Source of the DNA: Pedosphaera parvula Ellin514
GTDB taxonomy: Bacteria; Verrucomicrobiota; Verrucomicrobiia; Limisphaerales; JADJPG01
DNA length: 64,000 bases
Direction of reading: 5' to 3'
Assembly (NCBI GenBank): GCA_943332515.1
Contig: CALQPR010000021.1
Span: 9,737 to 73,736 of the forward strand
Below are positions 35,431-46,400 of this stretch, piece after piece. A model generated the notes under the pieces. That model saw only the letters and a list, made by a program, of their open reading frames with translations, was not told the DNA's origin and did no database searches. Made by a program: the position numbers and the translations under genes. Within the stretch, counting starts at the first letter, position 1. Each line of letters opens with the position of its first letter.

Positions 35431-36035
35431 TGAGCAAGATTCCCAAGTTCTCGAACCTGTGCGCTGAACGTATCCATCGGCCCTGCGTTCGCAGCGCCTT
35501 CAGCTTGATCGAGATGCTGGTGGTCATCGCCATCATCGGCTTGCTCGCGGCCTTGGTCGTGGGCGGCGCTTCTCATTTCCGCGAAACCTCCGTGCGCGCC
35601 CGTGTGCAGACGGAGCTGAACCAGGTGGTGTCCGCGATTGAGTCCTACCACAAGAAGTATGGGTTCTATCCGCAAGGCAATGGTGCTAGCTCTCCCGACC
35701 CGGTTAAGGCTCCCTTGTATTACGAACTCACGGGAACCGAGGCCGCGGCACCGGTTATCGCTTACTTTGGGGTCAAAGGGATCGTCAACGAACTCGGGAA
35801 GGAAGGTCAAAACTTCTTCTCTAACATTGGTATCGAAGGCAAGAACTACAAAGTCGTCCCCAATGTGCCGGCGAATCCGTTGGTCTTGACCGCAGGTTAC
35901 AAAGGCCCGGATGGCGACGTGAACCCCTGGCGTTACGTCTCCAAGAACCCGACGAACAACACCGAGACCTACGACCTCTGGGCGGAAGTCCTCGTCGGAA
36001 ACAAGAAGATCGTGATCGGTAACTGGAAAGACTGA
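35427..36035 (+). CDS. GspG-like pseudopilin (prepilin-type N-terminus), copy 1
   Basis: The ATG at 35427 overlaps the brnA TGA (ATGA). The leader is MMSKIPKFSNLCAERIHRPCVRSA, followed by FSLIEMLVVIAIIGLLAALVVGG with Glu at +5. GspG-like ESYHKKYGFYP and C-terminal YDLWAEV are present. Confidence 0.8.
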   Translation: MMSKIPKFSNLCAERIHRPCVRSAFSLIEMLVVIAIIGLLAALVVGGASHFRETSVRARVQTELNQVVSAIESYHKKYGFYPQGNGASSPDPVKAPLYYELTGTEAAAPVIAYFGVKGIVNELGKEGQNFFSNIGIEGKNYKVVPNVPANPLVLTAGYKGPDGDVNPWRYVSKNPTNNTETYDLWAEVLVGNKKIVIGNWKD

Positions 36036-36242
36036 TTCATGCACACCGCTGTTAACCCCTCGAAGAGCACCCGCCGCCGCTTGGATGTGGCGTGGACTGA
36101 TGTCTCGTGGGATCTGTCGTCTCTCCGTCTGCGAAAGCCGCCCTCGTTATTTTGGAGCACTGCCGGGTCATCAGCCGGAACTCGGGCTGGCGTTTCGCCA
36201 TCGGTCTCCTGTCGTCTGCCAAGTCCCTTTGCTTTTTCTCCT

Positions 36243-36956
36243 ATGATGAAACAATCCCTGAACTACTCCCGCCGCGCTCGCGGCTTCACGCTCATCGAAC
36301 TGCTGGTGGTCATCTCCATCATCGCCATTCTCGCCGGGCTCCTGCTCCCCGCCATTGCGCGGGTGAAGTTGCAGGCGAAGGTCAAGCTCGCCAAGGCGGA
36401 GATGAACATGATCGCCTCCGCCATCAAAGACTACGAGGCCGCGTATGATCGCTATCCGGCTTCCAAGGAGGCGGAGACGTATGCGAGTGACAATGGAAAC
36501 CAGGCCAAGCCTGACTTCACTTTTGGTGGACCGAGTCCGGTCACTCTAGGAACCCCGCCACAGCTGCGAGACAATCGGGATGTCATGAAGATCCTTTTAG
36601 ACATTGATGACGCAGACGGTCCGAATAAAGATCACAAACGTAACCCGAAGAAGACCGTTTTCATGAATGCGAAGCCTGCCATCAATAATGGTCCGGGACA
36701 GGGCGCGGATGGAGTGTTTCGCGATGCGTGGGGTAATCCGTATGTGATCACGATCGACATGAATGATGACAACAAGTGTCACGACGCTTACTACAGCAAG
36801 ATGCCGCAGGGCAGCGCCGTGGGATTGAATGCCGCCGGCGAAGTCACGGTTCCCGTCATGGTCTGGTCACCGGGCCCGGACGGTAAGGCGGATCCCGCTG
36901 TTGCGGCCAACCAGGGCGTGAACAAGGACAACATCCTCAGTTGGTCCGCCCGTTAA
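36243..36956 (+). CDS. GspG-like major pseudopilin, copy 2
   Basis: The ATG at 36243 gives MMKQSLNYSRRARG followed by FTLIELLVVISIIAILAGLLLPA. GspG-like IKDYEAAYDRYP, RDAWGNPYVI and VWSPGPDGKAD are present. The ORF-track start at 36039 is unlikely because it adds a non-protein-like extension. Confidence 0.85.
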   Translation: MMKQSLNYSRRARGFTLIELLVVISIIAILAGLLLPAIARVKLQAKVKLAKAEMNMIASAIKDYEAAYDRYPASKEAETYASDNGNQAKPDFTFGGPSPVTLGTPPQLRDNRDVMKILLDIDDADGPNKDHKRNPKKTVFMNAKPAINNGPGQGADGVFRDAWGNPYVITIDMNDDNKCHDAYYSKMPQGSAVGLNAAGEVTVPVMVWSPGPDGKADPAVAANQGVNKDNILSWSAR

Positions 36957-36958
36957 TC

Positions 36959-37747
36959 ATGCGCCTCCTCCCGGACAACCAACGCCGCCGCCGCCGCCAG
37001 TCCAGGGCGCGTGGTTTCACGCTCATCGAGCTCATCGTTGTCCTCGTCATCATCGGGTTGCTCGCCGCCGTTTCGCTGCCTGCGCTGAAGAACGTTCGCC
37101 AGAACAACGCGATGGTTTCTGCTGGGCGTCAGCTTGTGCAGGATCTCGCGAACGCCCGCGCCCGAGCCATCGGCGAACAGACCACCGTGTATGTCGTGTT
37201 CATGCCGGACATCTCGGGTCAGACCTTCAATAACTTGACGGCGCGAGAAACCAAACTTGTGGAGCGGCTCAAGTCGGGGCTCTATCGCAGTTATGCCACC
37301 TTCGCTCAACGCACTGTAGGAGATCAGCCTGGGACTTTGAACCCTCGTTATCTTGGCGACTGGAAATCACTGCCAGACGGCATCATCATCGAGACGAACA
37401 AATTCATGGGCCTCTTTCCTGCCGCTCCAGAGCTGCAAGCCCTGAGATACCGCTCGCAGGAATTCCCTTTCCCCACCGGTACCAGTGCCTACAGCAATTC
37501 ATTTCCGTGCGTGGCGTTCGATAATCGCGGTCGGGTGGTGGACCCGAACAATCACAGCGTTGTGCTGACGACAGGCGAAGTCATTCCCTTGGCCCGTGGC
37601 AGCATTCTCTACTCGCGTGCGGCTGACGGTTCTTTGATCGATGTGCCCGATGTTCGCGAAAGCGTGCCAGATGACCTCGCTAAACACTGGGTCGTCATCA
37701 ACGGGCTCACCGGTCGCATCCGCGTCGAAACCACCGAGCTTAAATGA
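36959..37747 (+). CDS. GspH/FimT-like minor pseudopilin
   Basis: The ATG at 36959 gives MRLLPDNQRRRRRQSRARG followed by FTLIELIVVLVIIGLLAAVSLPAL. The segment then reads AMVSAGRQLVQDLANARARAIGEQ, as in GspH. Confidence 0.75.
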   Translation: MRLLPDNQRRRRRQSRARGFTLIELIVVLVIIGLLAAVSLPALKNVRQNNAMVSAGRQLVQDLANARARAIGEQTTVYVVFMPDISGQTFNNLTARETKLVERLKSGLYRSYATFAQRTVGDQPGTLNPRYLGDWKSLPDGIIIETNKFMGLFPAAPELQALRYRSQEFPFPTGTSAYSNSFPCVAFDNRGRVVDPNNHSVVLTTGEVIPLARGSILYSRAADGSLIDVPDVRESVPDDLAKHWVVINGLTGRIRVETTELK

Positions 37748-38496
37748 ACTGCCGCATCACCAACCCAGCCCATGCAACGGAGCGACGGGCTTTGACCGGG
37801 CGCATTGATCAGGTGGCCGGCTTCTCCCGCGCGACTCAAGGTTTCACCATGATCGAAATCGCCATCGCGCTCGGCGTGATCGGTTTCGCTCTTGTTGCCA
37901 TTCTGGGCATCCTGCCCTTCGGCCTCGAAGTTCAGCGCGACAACAGGGCAGAAACCATCATCAATCAGGACGCCACGTTCTGGATCGAGGCCATCCGCAA
38001 CGGTGCCACTGGCATGGATGACCTCACCAACTGGGTGGAAGAGATTTCCACGCCGGATTCTGCGGCGGCCAACAGCTCCTACACATTTCGCGCCGGTGGC
38101 TTGAGTGATTATCAATACAGTTACGGCAGCAACATCATCAGCCTCCTGAGCACCGCACGGCGTTTTGATAACGGTAGAGTCGAGGCGATCGTCACCTCCA
38201 TCAGCGGCTCTGCTGCTGAGAAGGAATTGAATGCAGACGCGCGCGTCATCGCCTTCCGCTACCGCCTTGCCGTCGAAATTATTTCGTATTCCACCAACGC
38301 CCCTTCCTTCGATTTTCTCAACGCTCCAGCCAGTTTCCCGTACCTGGATACTCTCCACGAACTGCGCCTGACCTTCTCCTATCCCTACACCGGCAAGGGC
38401 ACCGAGCCTCGCCGCAAGACCTTCCGTTCAACCATCAGCCGGAACGTGGTGACCAACGTGGTGGGGCCTCGTGAGTACTACCTCTTTGCTCAATGA
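37744..38496 (+). CDS. GspI-like minor pseudopilin
   Basis: The ATG overlaps the upstream TGA (ATGA). The motif is QG then FTMIEIAIALGVIGFALVAILGILP. Its size and position between the H-like and J-like genes fit GspI. Confidence 0.65.
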   Translation: MNCRITNPAHATERRALTGRIDQVAGFSRATQGFTMIEIAIALGVIGFALVAILGILPFGLEVQRDNRAETIINQDATFWIEAIRNGATGMDDLTNWVEEISTPDSAAANSSYTFRAGGLSDYQYSYGSNIISLLSTARRFDNGRVEAIVTSISGSAAEKELNADARVIAFRYRLAVEIISYSTNAPSFDFLNAPASFPYLDTLHELRLTFSYPYTGKGTEPRRKTFRSTISRNVVTNVVGPREYYLFAQ

Positions 38497-39470
38497 ACAT
38501 CCCTTACAACCCGCAGCGACCGGTGCCACTGGTGGGAACGAGTTTCACCTCGTCCCGTTTTGTTTCCCGCGCATTCTCTCTCATTGAGGTCATGGTGGCG
38601 GTGTCGTTGCTCTCCTTCATCATCGTCGGGTTGCTCGCCATGTTCTTCCAGGTCCAGCGTGCCTTTCGCGCTGGAACGGCGCAGGCGGACATCATGGAGG
38701 GCGGGCGTGCCACCATGAATCTCATCGTGCGCGACCTTCAGGAGATGACCGCTTCCGGCGTGGATTTGGTGACGAACTGTCTCGTCACCGCATCGTTCGG
38801 CGCGGCAGTGACCACTCAAGACCTCGTCAGCGGCAATCGGCCGCGCCAGAACTTTCAGCAGGATCTGTGTTTCCTCACCCGCAACAACGACGAATGGGTC
38901 GGGGTGGCCTACCGGCTGAGCAACTCCGTCAGTGGCGTGGGCACGCTCTACCGACTCGTCACTAACCAATTTATCGAAACTCTTCCGCTCAACCAGATGG
39001 TTGCCATCTCGAACATGAGCGGGCTGCTTCGTGCCTCCACTCCATATAACGACACCAACTTCGCCCGTGTGCTTGATGGCGTTGTCAGCCTTATCATCAC
39101 TCCCTACGACACCAACGGCGCGATTCACCCCAACAATGACCCTGACCTCGCCCGCGTGTTCCCGCCGGTGAATCCACAGGCAACCGATGCCTTTGACCGC
39201 ACCAACGCCTTCATCCACGTCATCAACCCGGACTTCTTCGCGTTCTTCAGCAACGCCCTCCCGGCCTATCTGGACATCGAGCTCGCCGTAATCGAACCCG
39301 CCACCCTCGCCCGGTTCAAAGCCCAATGGGATATCGATGTGACACAAAACGGACCGAACGGCCCGCCGACTCGCGCCACCAACTACCTCGCGAGGCGCAT
39401 TGGCCAGACCCACATATTTCGCCAGCGCATAGCCATTCGCCCGTCTGCGACAGAGATCAGCTCTCGTTGA
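38493..39470 (+). CDS. GspJ/PulJ-like minor pseudopilin
   Basis: The ATG overlaps the upstream TGA (ATGA). The motif is SRA then FSLIEVMVAVSLLSFIIVGLLAMFF. The segment then reads AQADIMEGGRATMNLIVRDLQEM, as in GspJ/PilW-type proteins. Confidence 0.65.
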   Translation: MNIPYNPQRPVPLVGTSFTSSRFVSRAFSLIEVMVAVSLLSFIIVGLLAMFFQVQRAFRAGTAQADIMEGGRATMNLIVRDLQEMTASGVDLVTNCLVTASFGAAVTTQDLVSGNRPRQNFQQDLCFLTRNNDEWVGVAYRLSNSVSGVGTLYRLVTNQFIETLPLNQMVAISNMSGLLRASTPYNDTNFARVLDGVVSLIITPYDTNGAIHPNNDPDLARVFPPVNPQATDAFDRTNAFIHVINPDFFAFFSNALPAYLDIELAVIEPATLARFKAQWDIDVTQNGPNGPPTRATNYLARRIGQTHIFRQRIAIRPSATEISSR

Positions 39471-39491
39471 TGAATTCTCATTTCCCTTAAG

Positions 39492-42400
39492 ATGAAGCTT
39501 AGAATCCAGCGCCGTTGTTCAGCCACTTTTCCTCTAGTAAGGACGGTCTCGTCCGCGATGGTTACTCGGCTTTTTGGCGTCGTTAGCAGTCGAACCTCAT
39601 CCATGCGCAATCGCGGCGTCGCCCTCGTCATCACCCTCATCTTGCTGGCCGTCATCACCACACTGGCCATCGCGTTCCTCGGCCTGACCCGTGGCGAGAC
39701 CAAGTCCGTGGATGCCATGAACCGCACGACCGACGCCGAGATGGCCGCTGACAGCGCCCTCGAACGTGCCCGCGCCGAAATTCTTGCGCCCTTCATCGCG
39801 CGCAATACTGCGTTCCCCGGCAGCGAACGCATGGGGCCGGACTTCATGGTCTCCGTGGGCTCCGACACCAACCGCATCCGATCACAAGATGCTTCCCGGA
39901 ACCCAACACCGCCTGTGTTCGTGGAGACCAATCGCCCGAGCGGTCCCAAGGGTCCCTATGAAGATCGATTCTACCTGGATCTGAATCGCAACCGGACGTT
40001 CGAGAACACTGGATACGTCCCGGTGACGGACGACAGCTTCAATCAAGTTGGAGTCCAGACCGAATGGGCGGTGGGAGACCCGCAATGGATTGGCATTCTT
40101 CAAAACCCCCGCGTTGGCCATGCCAGCAGCAATCGCTACATCGCCCGCTACACCTTCATGGTTCAGCCTATCGGTCGCTCCCTCGACGCGAACTGGATTC
40201 ACAATGAAGGTGTGCCTCGCACGACAGGCACGCCGGGCTATTACCGCGAGCAGGGTGTCGGCTCCTGGGAACTCAATCTCGCAGGGTTTCTCTCTGACCT
40301 GAACACCAACTATTGGAACAGTGTTGCATCTCCCTATACCTACGCTTCCGATCCGTTGCCCAACAGGTTCGGAGGAACTGGCGCGGCATTTGTCGATGCG
40401 AACGAATTCCTCACCAACCGCTTTGGCAGTGGTCTCGATTGGGCGAGCCGGGTGTTCCCCGGCAGCGGCAACAGTTTCACGACGGATCAAATCGATTTGT
40501 TCGCCAATGGCTTCGTTAACACAGGCAATCCTGATGACAATGACCAGCCGGACAACCCCTGGCCCGGAGCATCGAGCAAAGTGAATTACTTCGCTCCGCA
40601 CGAATACTTCTCCAAGTTTACCAAGCCCAATGGATTCAAAACCCGCTTGCAGAACGCTTCCGCGCGCGGCAACTCGTATGATCGTTACACCTTCTACCGG
40701 ATGCTTGCGCAGATGGGCACCGACTCCGCCGAGGAAGAGGACGGCAAGGTCAACATCAACTACGTGAACGTCCGCTCGTGGGCCACAGGAGAACGGATTC
40801 TAGCGTCCGACATGATTCCTTGGTCCACCAATGCGGCTGACATTTATGTTCCCCGACTTGGACGCACTGTGAACATGGGGCGGCCTGTCCCTGAGATTTT
40901 TTTCCTGACCGTCGTTACCAACCTGCTGGCTCGCGAACCGTCTCTGGCCTTCATGGTGACGAACCGCATCAACGGAACCTTGTTCAGCGCCCCGATTTTT
41001 ACCAATCGCTCGACCTACACGACGAACACTCCGTTCAACGAACCTCTCTACACTGCCCGACTTCATCAGCTCATGCAGATCACGGCGAATATCTTCGACG
41101 CCACGATCACTAATAAGGTGGGCGAAGCGTTTCCATATTTTCCGACTGTCTTTCGCCCTTTCTTCACCGAGTCAAATGGCAACGTCTATATCACTGACTA
41201 TGGAGTAATGAACGAGACAGCAGACGCGTTCCGGACCAACCCTCAGTACAGGTGGGTGGATTTGGAAACTGGCGAAACTCTTTCAACCGCTCAAGGCTCA
41301 CTCAATCTCGTTTACGGCATTCCTCTCGTCATTGGTGCGCGTTCAGGTTTGCCCAGCTTCAACGAACTGGGCGTGGTGTCGCTTGCTCAAGCGACTCGCA
41401 AGCTAACGATGTCTCGCTCCACCCCTGGCACCCCGGCCAAAAAATGGGATCGACTCGAACAGCGGTTCCACCTCCAGGCACGGACCATGTTGCAGGTGGA
41501 AGCGCGAAATTCGCACACGAACCGGTATCCGCGTCCACTGCAAATGATCACCGAAAGCCGTCCGTATCTGGAATTGAAGGAACGCACCAATGGATTGGCC
41601 ATCGTGCGAACGGATTGGAAGACGGGTTCTACAAATAATTTTCCGCTTTCGTTTTGGGGCCGCGAAATCGTCGGCTCGGAGAACACCGGCAGCTCAAACT
41701 TGGTTCTCTCCCCGCTTTTCGTGACCAATCTGTTGGACTTGTTGATTGTAACTAACGCCGAATCTTACCTTCCTACTAACCAGTGGACGATGACGCTGAC
41801 CAACCGCCTGCTGTTCTATTTGATCGATCGAGATCCCAGGGTGCCCGGAGGCAGAATCATCGATGCCGTCACTCTGAATCGGCCCCACAACGTCTTCCAG
41901 ATCGGCACGCTCCTGGATTCTCCATGGAACGAGGCGGGTTCGCTTCGCGACATCTGGAATCCAAGGCGTCAAGGGACGGTTACAGCGGGAATCATGGAGC
42001 AAATTCGCATATCAAAAGATGCGAGCCTTACGCCTGAAGGGATCTGGGGTAATTGGGAGGACTCCGCGAACAAGGTGAAGTCGGCGCAGCATTTTGGAGA
42101 TTTTTATGACGACACGTCGAAGCTGGAGACGAATCAAGTCCCGTTCACGCCGTCCCGGCTTCTGGTTCAGGCCGATTATTATCAGGTTGATGATCCGTTG
42201 GTTCACTACACCTTCGAGGACTTGCGCGATGATCCTGATACAGGCAAAAAGAAGCTTGGCAGCGTAAACCTCTCGAGTGACTACACTAATCTCACCAAGA
42301 AGATATTTGGAAGGAACAAGCATTCCTTGGCTTGGAACAAGGGTGCGCTTGGGGCGGAGCTAAGCGGTGAACCCGCTGGCCAAGGGACATTAGACACCAC

Positions 42401-43328
42401 AATTCGTGATCCGGGCATAATTCACCCCTTTTACTGGAACTTCCCGAAAAATTCCTTTCCAAGCATCGGCTGGCTTGGACGGGTCCATCGTGGAACGCCA
42501 TGGCAGACCATCTATTTGAAAAGTCGCGGGTTAAGCCCGGCGGCGAACTGGATAGATCACACCGGTAATCAAAGGGTTGGTCATCCTGCGAGCGCGAACC
42601 AGATGCAGCCGGTTCGAGATTGGGAATTGCTTGATGTGTTCACGACCGCACCACATCCAAACGCCACGCGCGGTCGCCTGTCGATCAACCAGACGAATCC
42701 GGCGGCGTGGTCAGCCCTGCTTTCGGGTGTGCTTGCGAGCGGGGTTGAGCCCGACCCAAATGACGATGGTTTTGTCCGACCAACGAGCCCTTTGATGGGG
42801 CCTGCAGCCCTGAATTCGACCGTTCAACTGATCGCGCAATCCATCAACACCAACCGGGCGCGGTTCAACTCCAACAGTCTAAACCAGGGCGGGCAATATC
42901 ATGGAATCGGCCAATTGCTTGCGTCGCCCGAACTCACGGATTCATCTCCGATTCTCAAGGGCGATCCGACGCTGTTCGATCCCTTCATGCCTCACGGCAA
43001 CGCCCGCATCTACGACGAGGACTATGAGCGCATCCCGCAGCAGATTCTCTCGTTACTGAAGGTCGGCGAGCCGCGCTTCGTGGTCTATGCGTGGGGCCAA
43101 TCCCTCAAGCCGGCCCGGCGGGATCCAGACGATTCCGGGCCGTCGATCTTGCCCGCGGATGATCCAAAGTTTGGTCTCCGTGGTTTGTGCAGCAATTACC
43201 AGATCACCGGTGAAACGGCGACGCGCGCTGTCATCCGGGTGGAGTTTGATCGATTCCCAAACGGCCAGATCAACTACGCCCGGCCGCACGCCGTGGTGGA
43301 GAGTTTTAACATCATCCCGGTGGAGTAG
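39492..43328 (+). CDS. Giant GspK/PilX-like minor pseudopilin (about 1,240-1,280 aa)
   Basis: The hydrophobic N-terminus MRNRGVALVITLILLAVITTLAIAFLGL has no Glu+5, as in GspK. GspK-like signatures are NATRGRLSINQTNPAAWSALLSGV and DGKVNINYVN. The start is 39492 (21 nt after the J-like gene) or the internal ATGs at 39558 or 39603. Confidence 0.65.
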   Translation: MKLRIQRRCSATFPLVRTVSSAMVTRLFGVVSSRTSSMRNRGVALVITLILLAVITTLAIAFLGLTRGETKSVDAMNRTTDAEMAADSALERARAEILAPFIARNTAFPGSERMGPDFMVSVGSDTNRIRSQDASRNPTPPVFVETNRPSGPKGPYEDRFYLDLNRNRTFENTGYVPVTDDSFNQVGVQTEWAVGDPQWIGILQNPRVGHASSNRYIARYTFMVQPIGRSLDANWIHNEGVPRTTGTPGYYREQGVGSWELNLAGFLSDLNTNYWNSVASPYTYASDPLPNRFGGTGAAFVDANEFLTNRFGSGLDWASRVFPGSGNSFTTDQIDLFANGFVNTGNPDDNDQPDNPWPGASSKVNYFAPHEYFSKFTKPNGFKTRLQNASARGNSYDRYTFYRMLAQMGTDSAEEEDGKVNINYVNVRSWATGERILASDMIPWSTNAADIYVPRLGRTVNMGRPVPEIFFLTVVTNLLAREPSLAFMVTNRINGTLFSAPIFTNRSTYTTNTPFNEPLYTARLHQLMQITANIFDATITNKVGEAFPYFPTVFRPFFTESNGNVYITDYGVMNETADAFRTNPQYRWVDLETGETLSTAQGSLNLVYGIPLVIGARSGLPSFNELGVVSLAQATRKLTMSRSTPGTPAKKWDRLEQRFHLQARTMLQVEARNSHTNRYPRPLQMITESRPYLELKERTNGLAIVRTDWKTGSTNNFPLSFWGREIVGSENTGSSNLVLSPLFVTNLLDLLIVTNAESYLPTNQWTMTLTNRLLFYLIDRDPRVPGGRIIDAVTLNRPHNVFQIGTLLDSPWNEAGSLRDIWNPRRQGTVTAGIMEQIRISKDASLTPEGIWGNWEDSANKVKSAQHFGDFYDDTSKLETNQVPFTPSRLLVQADYYQVDDPLVHYTFEDLRDDPDTGKKKLGSVNLSSDYTNLTKKIFGRNKHSLAWNKGALGAELSGEPAGQGTLDTTIRDPGIIHPFYWNFPKNSFPSIGWLGRVHRGTPWQTIYLKSRGLSPAANWIDHTGNQRVGHPASANQMQPVRDWELLDVFTTAPHPNATRGRLSINQTNPAAWSALLSGVLASGVEPDPNDDGFVRPTSPLMGPAALNSTVQLIAQSINTNRARFNSNSLNQGGQYHGIGQLLASPELTDSSPILKGDPTLFDPFMPHGNARIYDEDYERIPQQILSLLKVGEPRFVVYAWGQSLKPARRDPDDSGPSILPADDPKFGLRGLCSNYQITGETATRAVIRVEFDRFPNGQINYARPHAVVESFNIIPVE

Positions 43329-43465
43329 GGCCGGGAGGATGAGGGGCGGGCGCGCGCATGGAGCGATTTCAACGGATGAAATGGGTTGGGATTTGTGACC
43401 GGGCGACCTCTGGTTGGGCCGCAAAAACCCTGTCGTAATCGAAGTATTTTGTGATTTAATACGTT

Positions 43466-46400
43466 ATGCAATTCAGAACGCGAACCTGGTTCATCATCAG
43501 CCTGTTGTTCTTCGTGGCTGCTGCCGTCTTCTGGCAACTGGGCGAGCGCAAGCTGGCGCGGGACAAGGCCGCGAAGAGCGCCGTGTCGGGTCCGGCTGCG
43601 GCTGGAGCCACTGCTGGTTCTTCCCTGACCAACGCACCCGTCGTCCCCGCTGCGGCCACCAATGCTTCCGTGCTCGCGACCAATGCCAATGATCCGCTGC
43701 GCTTTCGCTTGAGCAACACCACGCTGACGGAGCGCCAACTTCTGGATCGCGACCCGGCGTTGCTGCTGATGAACGCGCTGGTGGATACGGCATCCCCGGT
43801 GAATCTCCCCATCCCGGCGCATTTGCGGGCGCAGGGTGATCCAGGGAGTTACGTGGTCCAGTCTCGCGGGCCGTTGACGGACGCCTTCCGTGCCGCGCTC
43901 AAGCTGGCGGGAGTGGAGATCGTTTCTTACGTGCCGAACAACGCGTATCTGGTCCGCGCTTCAGCTGCTGCTGCGACGCAACTGGCCGCTCTTCCGCAAA
44001 CGCAGACGGTGCTGCCGTGGGAACCGTATTTCAAACTGGAGGATGAACTCTTGGCTCTGGCGGTGGAGCAAAAGCCCCTGCCAGTCACGCGCCAGTTGAA
44101 CGTGCTCGTGTATTCGGCGGACCGGCAGGCGGTCGAGACGACGCTGGCGGCGATGAACGTCGTGGTGATTGAAGCGGAGCGTTCGCCGTTTGGTGTGCTG
44201 TTGGTGGTGCGTCCGCCGCGGGATGCCGTGGTGGCGCTGGCGCAATTGCCGGGGGTGCAACGCATCGAGATCAATCGTCTGAAAGTAACGGCGAATGATC
44301 AGGCGCGCACGCGCCTGCGGGTTTCCACCAACGGCCTGCTCGCCGCGCCGTCGTTCCGGAATCTCACGGGGCAGGGCGTGCTGGTGAACGTGAATGACAC
44401 GGGCGTCGAGGGAATTCATCCGGCGCTCACCGGTCGCGTGCTCGGCCTCCAGACGGATCTCGAAGGTCACGGCACGCATGTCGCCGGAACCATTGCCGGC
44501 GACGGTGCGAACAGTCCCGCCGGGGCGATTCCGGGTTCAGTTACGAACGCGAGTTTTCGCGGCGTCGCTCCGGCGTCGAAGATTTTCGCCAACACCTTTG
44601 GCAACAGTGATGCGAACATGCAGGAGAGTGCGGCGGCGACGAACGCCTTCATTTCGAACAACAGCTGGGGCTACATCGACGGTGGCGGCTACACGCTCTC
44701 CGCGGCGAGTTGGGATGCGGCGGTGCGCGATGCCTTGCCCGGCGTGGAAGGATCGCAGCCGTTGCTCGCGGTGTTCGCGGCTGGTAACTCCGGCGCTTTT
44801 GGAATCGATGCGCCGGCGTCAGCCAAGAACGTCATTACGGTCGGCGCGTTGGAGAATCTTCGTGGCATCACCAACTTCGTGACGGTGATCGAGTATGCCG
44901 AAAGCAATCGCTTCCAGCCGTGGCTCGACATGACGGACAGCAGTAATCAGGTGGCGTCCTTTTCCAGCGTCGGGAATATCGGTCGTCGTCGCGAGGGTGA
45001 GTCCGGTCGGTTCAAGCCCGATGTGGTGGCTCCGGGAACGTTCGTGATCTCCGCTCGAGCGAGCACTTGGGTGCAGCCGACGAATTTATACAGCTATGAG
45101 ACGAGACGGATTCCTCTGGTCCGCCTAGACGCGGATGAATTCGAAGTGTACTCGGTTTTCGTCCCGCTCCACGGTGTGCAGATTGATGTCACCTGCCAGC
45201 CAAACCAGTTCACCGGACCGAATCCATTACCGCAGTTGCCAATCTACGTGCAGGAAGGGAGCGCACCGGCGGTGCCGGGCACTTCCGTGGGTGATAACCG
45301 AGCCACCGTGGGACCGCCGCTGGTGCCGGTCCCGCCGGGAACGTGGTATATCGCCGTCGAGAACAAGGGCAGCAACATCGCGCGCTTTGATGTCTCGATC
45401 ACGGTGACCATCACCAATAATTTGGGCGACGAGCCAGAGCAGTTCTTCAAGCTGAACGAGATACTGGCTCCAAACTACCGTTACGAAAGTGGCACCAGCA
45501 TGGCGGCCCCTGCGGTGTCCGGTGCGCTGGCGTTGATGCAGGAATATTTCGCAACGCTTGGTGCGACCAACAGCCCAGCGCTCATGAAGGCGCTGCTGAT
45601 CAACGGAGCGCGCTCCGCGAACGACGAGTATGACTTCGACGTCAGCGCGGATCGCAATCGGCAGGGCTGGGGCCTGGTGAATATCACGAACAGTGTTCCC
45701 GGCACCGCGACTGTCGGGCCCGGTTACGATTCCGCCCAACGCACGCTGACCAGTCCGACCATGGTCTGCTACGATCAGGTCAGCACCCGCGCGCTGGCCA
45801 CCGGACAGAGCTTCACAAAGAGCGTGAACATTGCTGCCAACGCCCGCACGTCGCCGCTGCGCTTTTCGCTGGTCTGGACCGATCCGCCGGGAAATCCCTC
45901 CGTGGGTGTGAAGCTGGTCAATGATCTGGACCTCGTGGTCTCGAACAACGTTACGCACGAGATCTTCGCCGGTAACTCATTCGGCCCCGGCAACACGTTC
46001 ACGTTTGGGAGCGATACCAATACCACGAACGGGTTGGTGCTCGATCGCGTGAACAATGTTGAGAATGTGTATGTCAGCGCCTCGTTCAACCAGCGCCTGT
46101 CGGATTCCTACACCGTCACCGTCTCCGCCCGCCGGGTGAATGTGAACGCCGTGACGGCGCATCCTGATGGCGTGGTGCAGGACTTCGCGCTGGTCATCTC
46201 CCATGGCAACCCGCGCACGGCCATCGGTTTCCCCATCACGTTGGGCAACGAGCCGATCATCGACGCGCCGCTGCCCGAGGTGACCGTCGTCACCAATGGC
46301 GTGCCGCTGTTGAACCAGCGGGCGGGTGCCAATTCGCCGCTGGTGGTGCCGGCTGGATTGGAGTTCACCAACGGTGTCCCGGCCCAATGGCATTTCTTCG

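Noticed and set aside
36114-36217. Direct repeat CTGTCGTCT (36114-36122 and 36209-36217) in the 207-bp gap after the first pseudopilin gene
   Set aside because: A 9-bp repeat occurring twice in GC-rich DNA is not distinguishable from chance by eye. No hairpin or terminator is evident.
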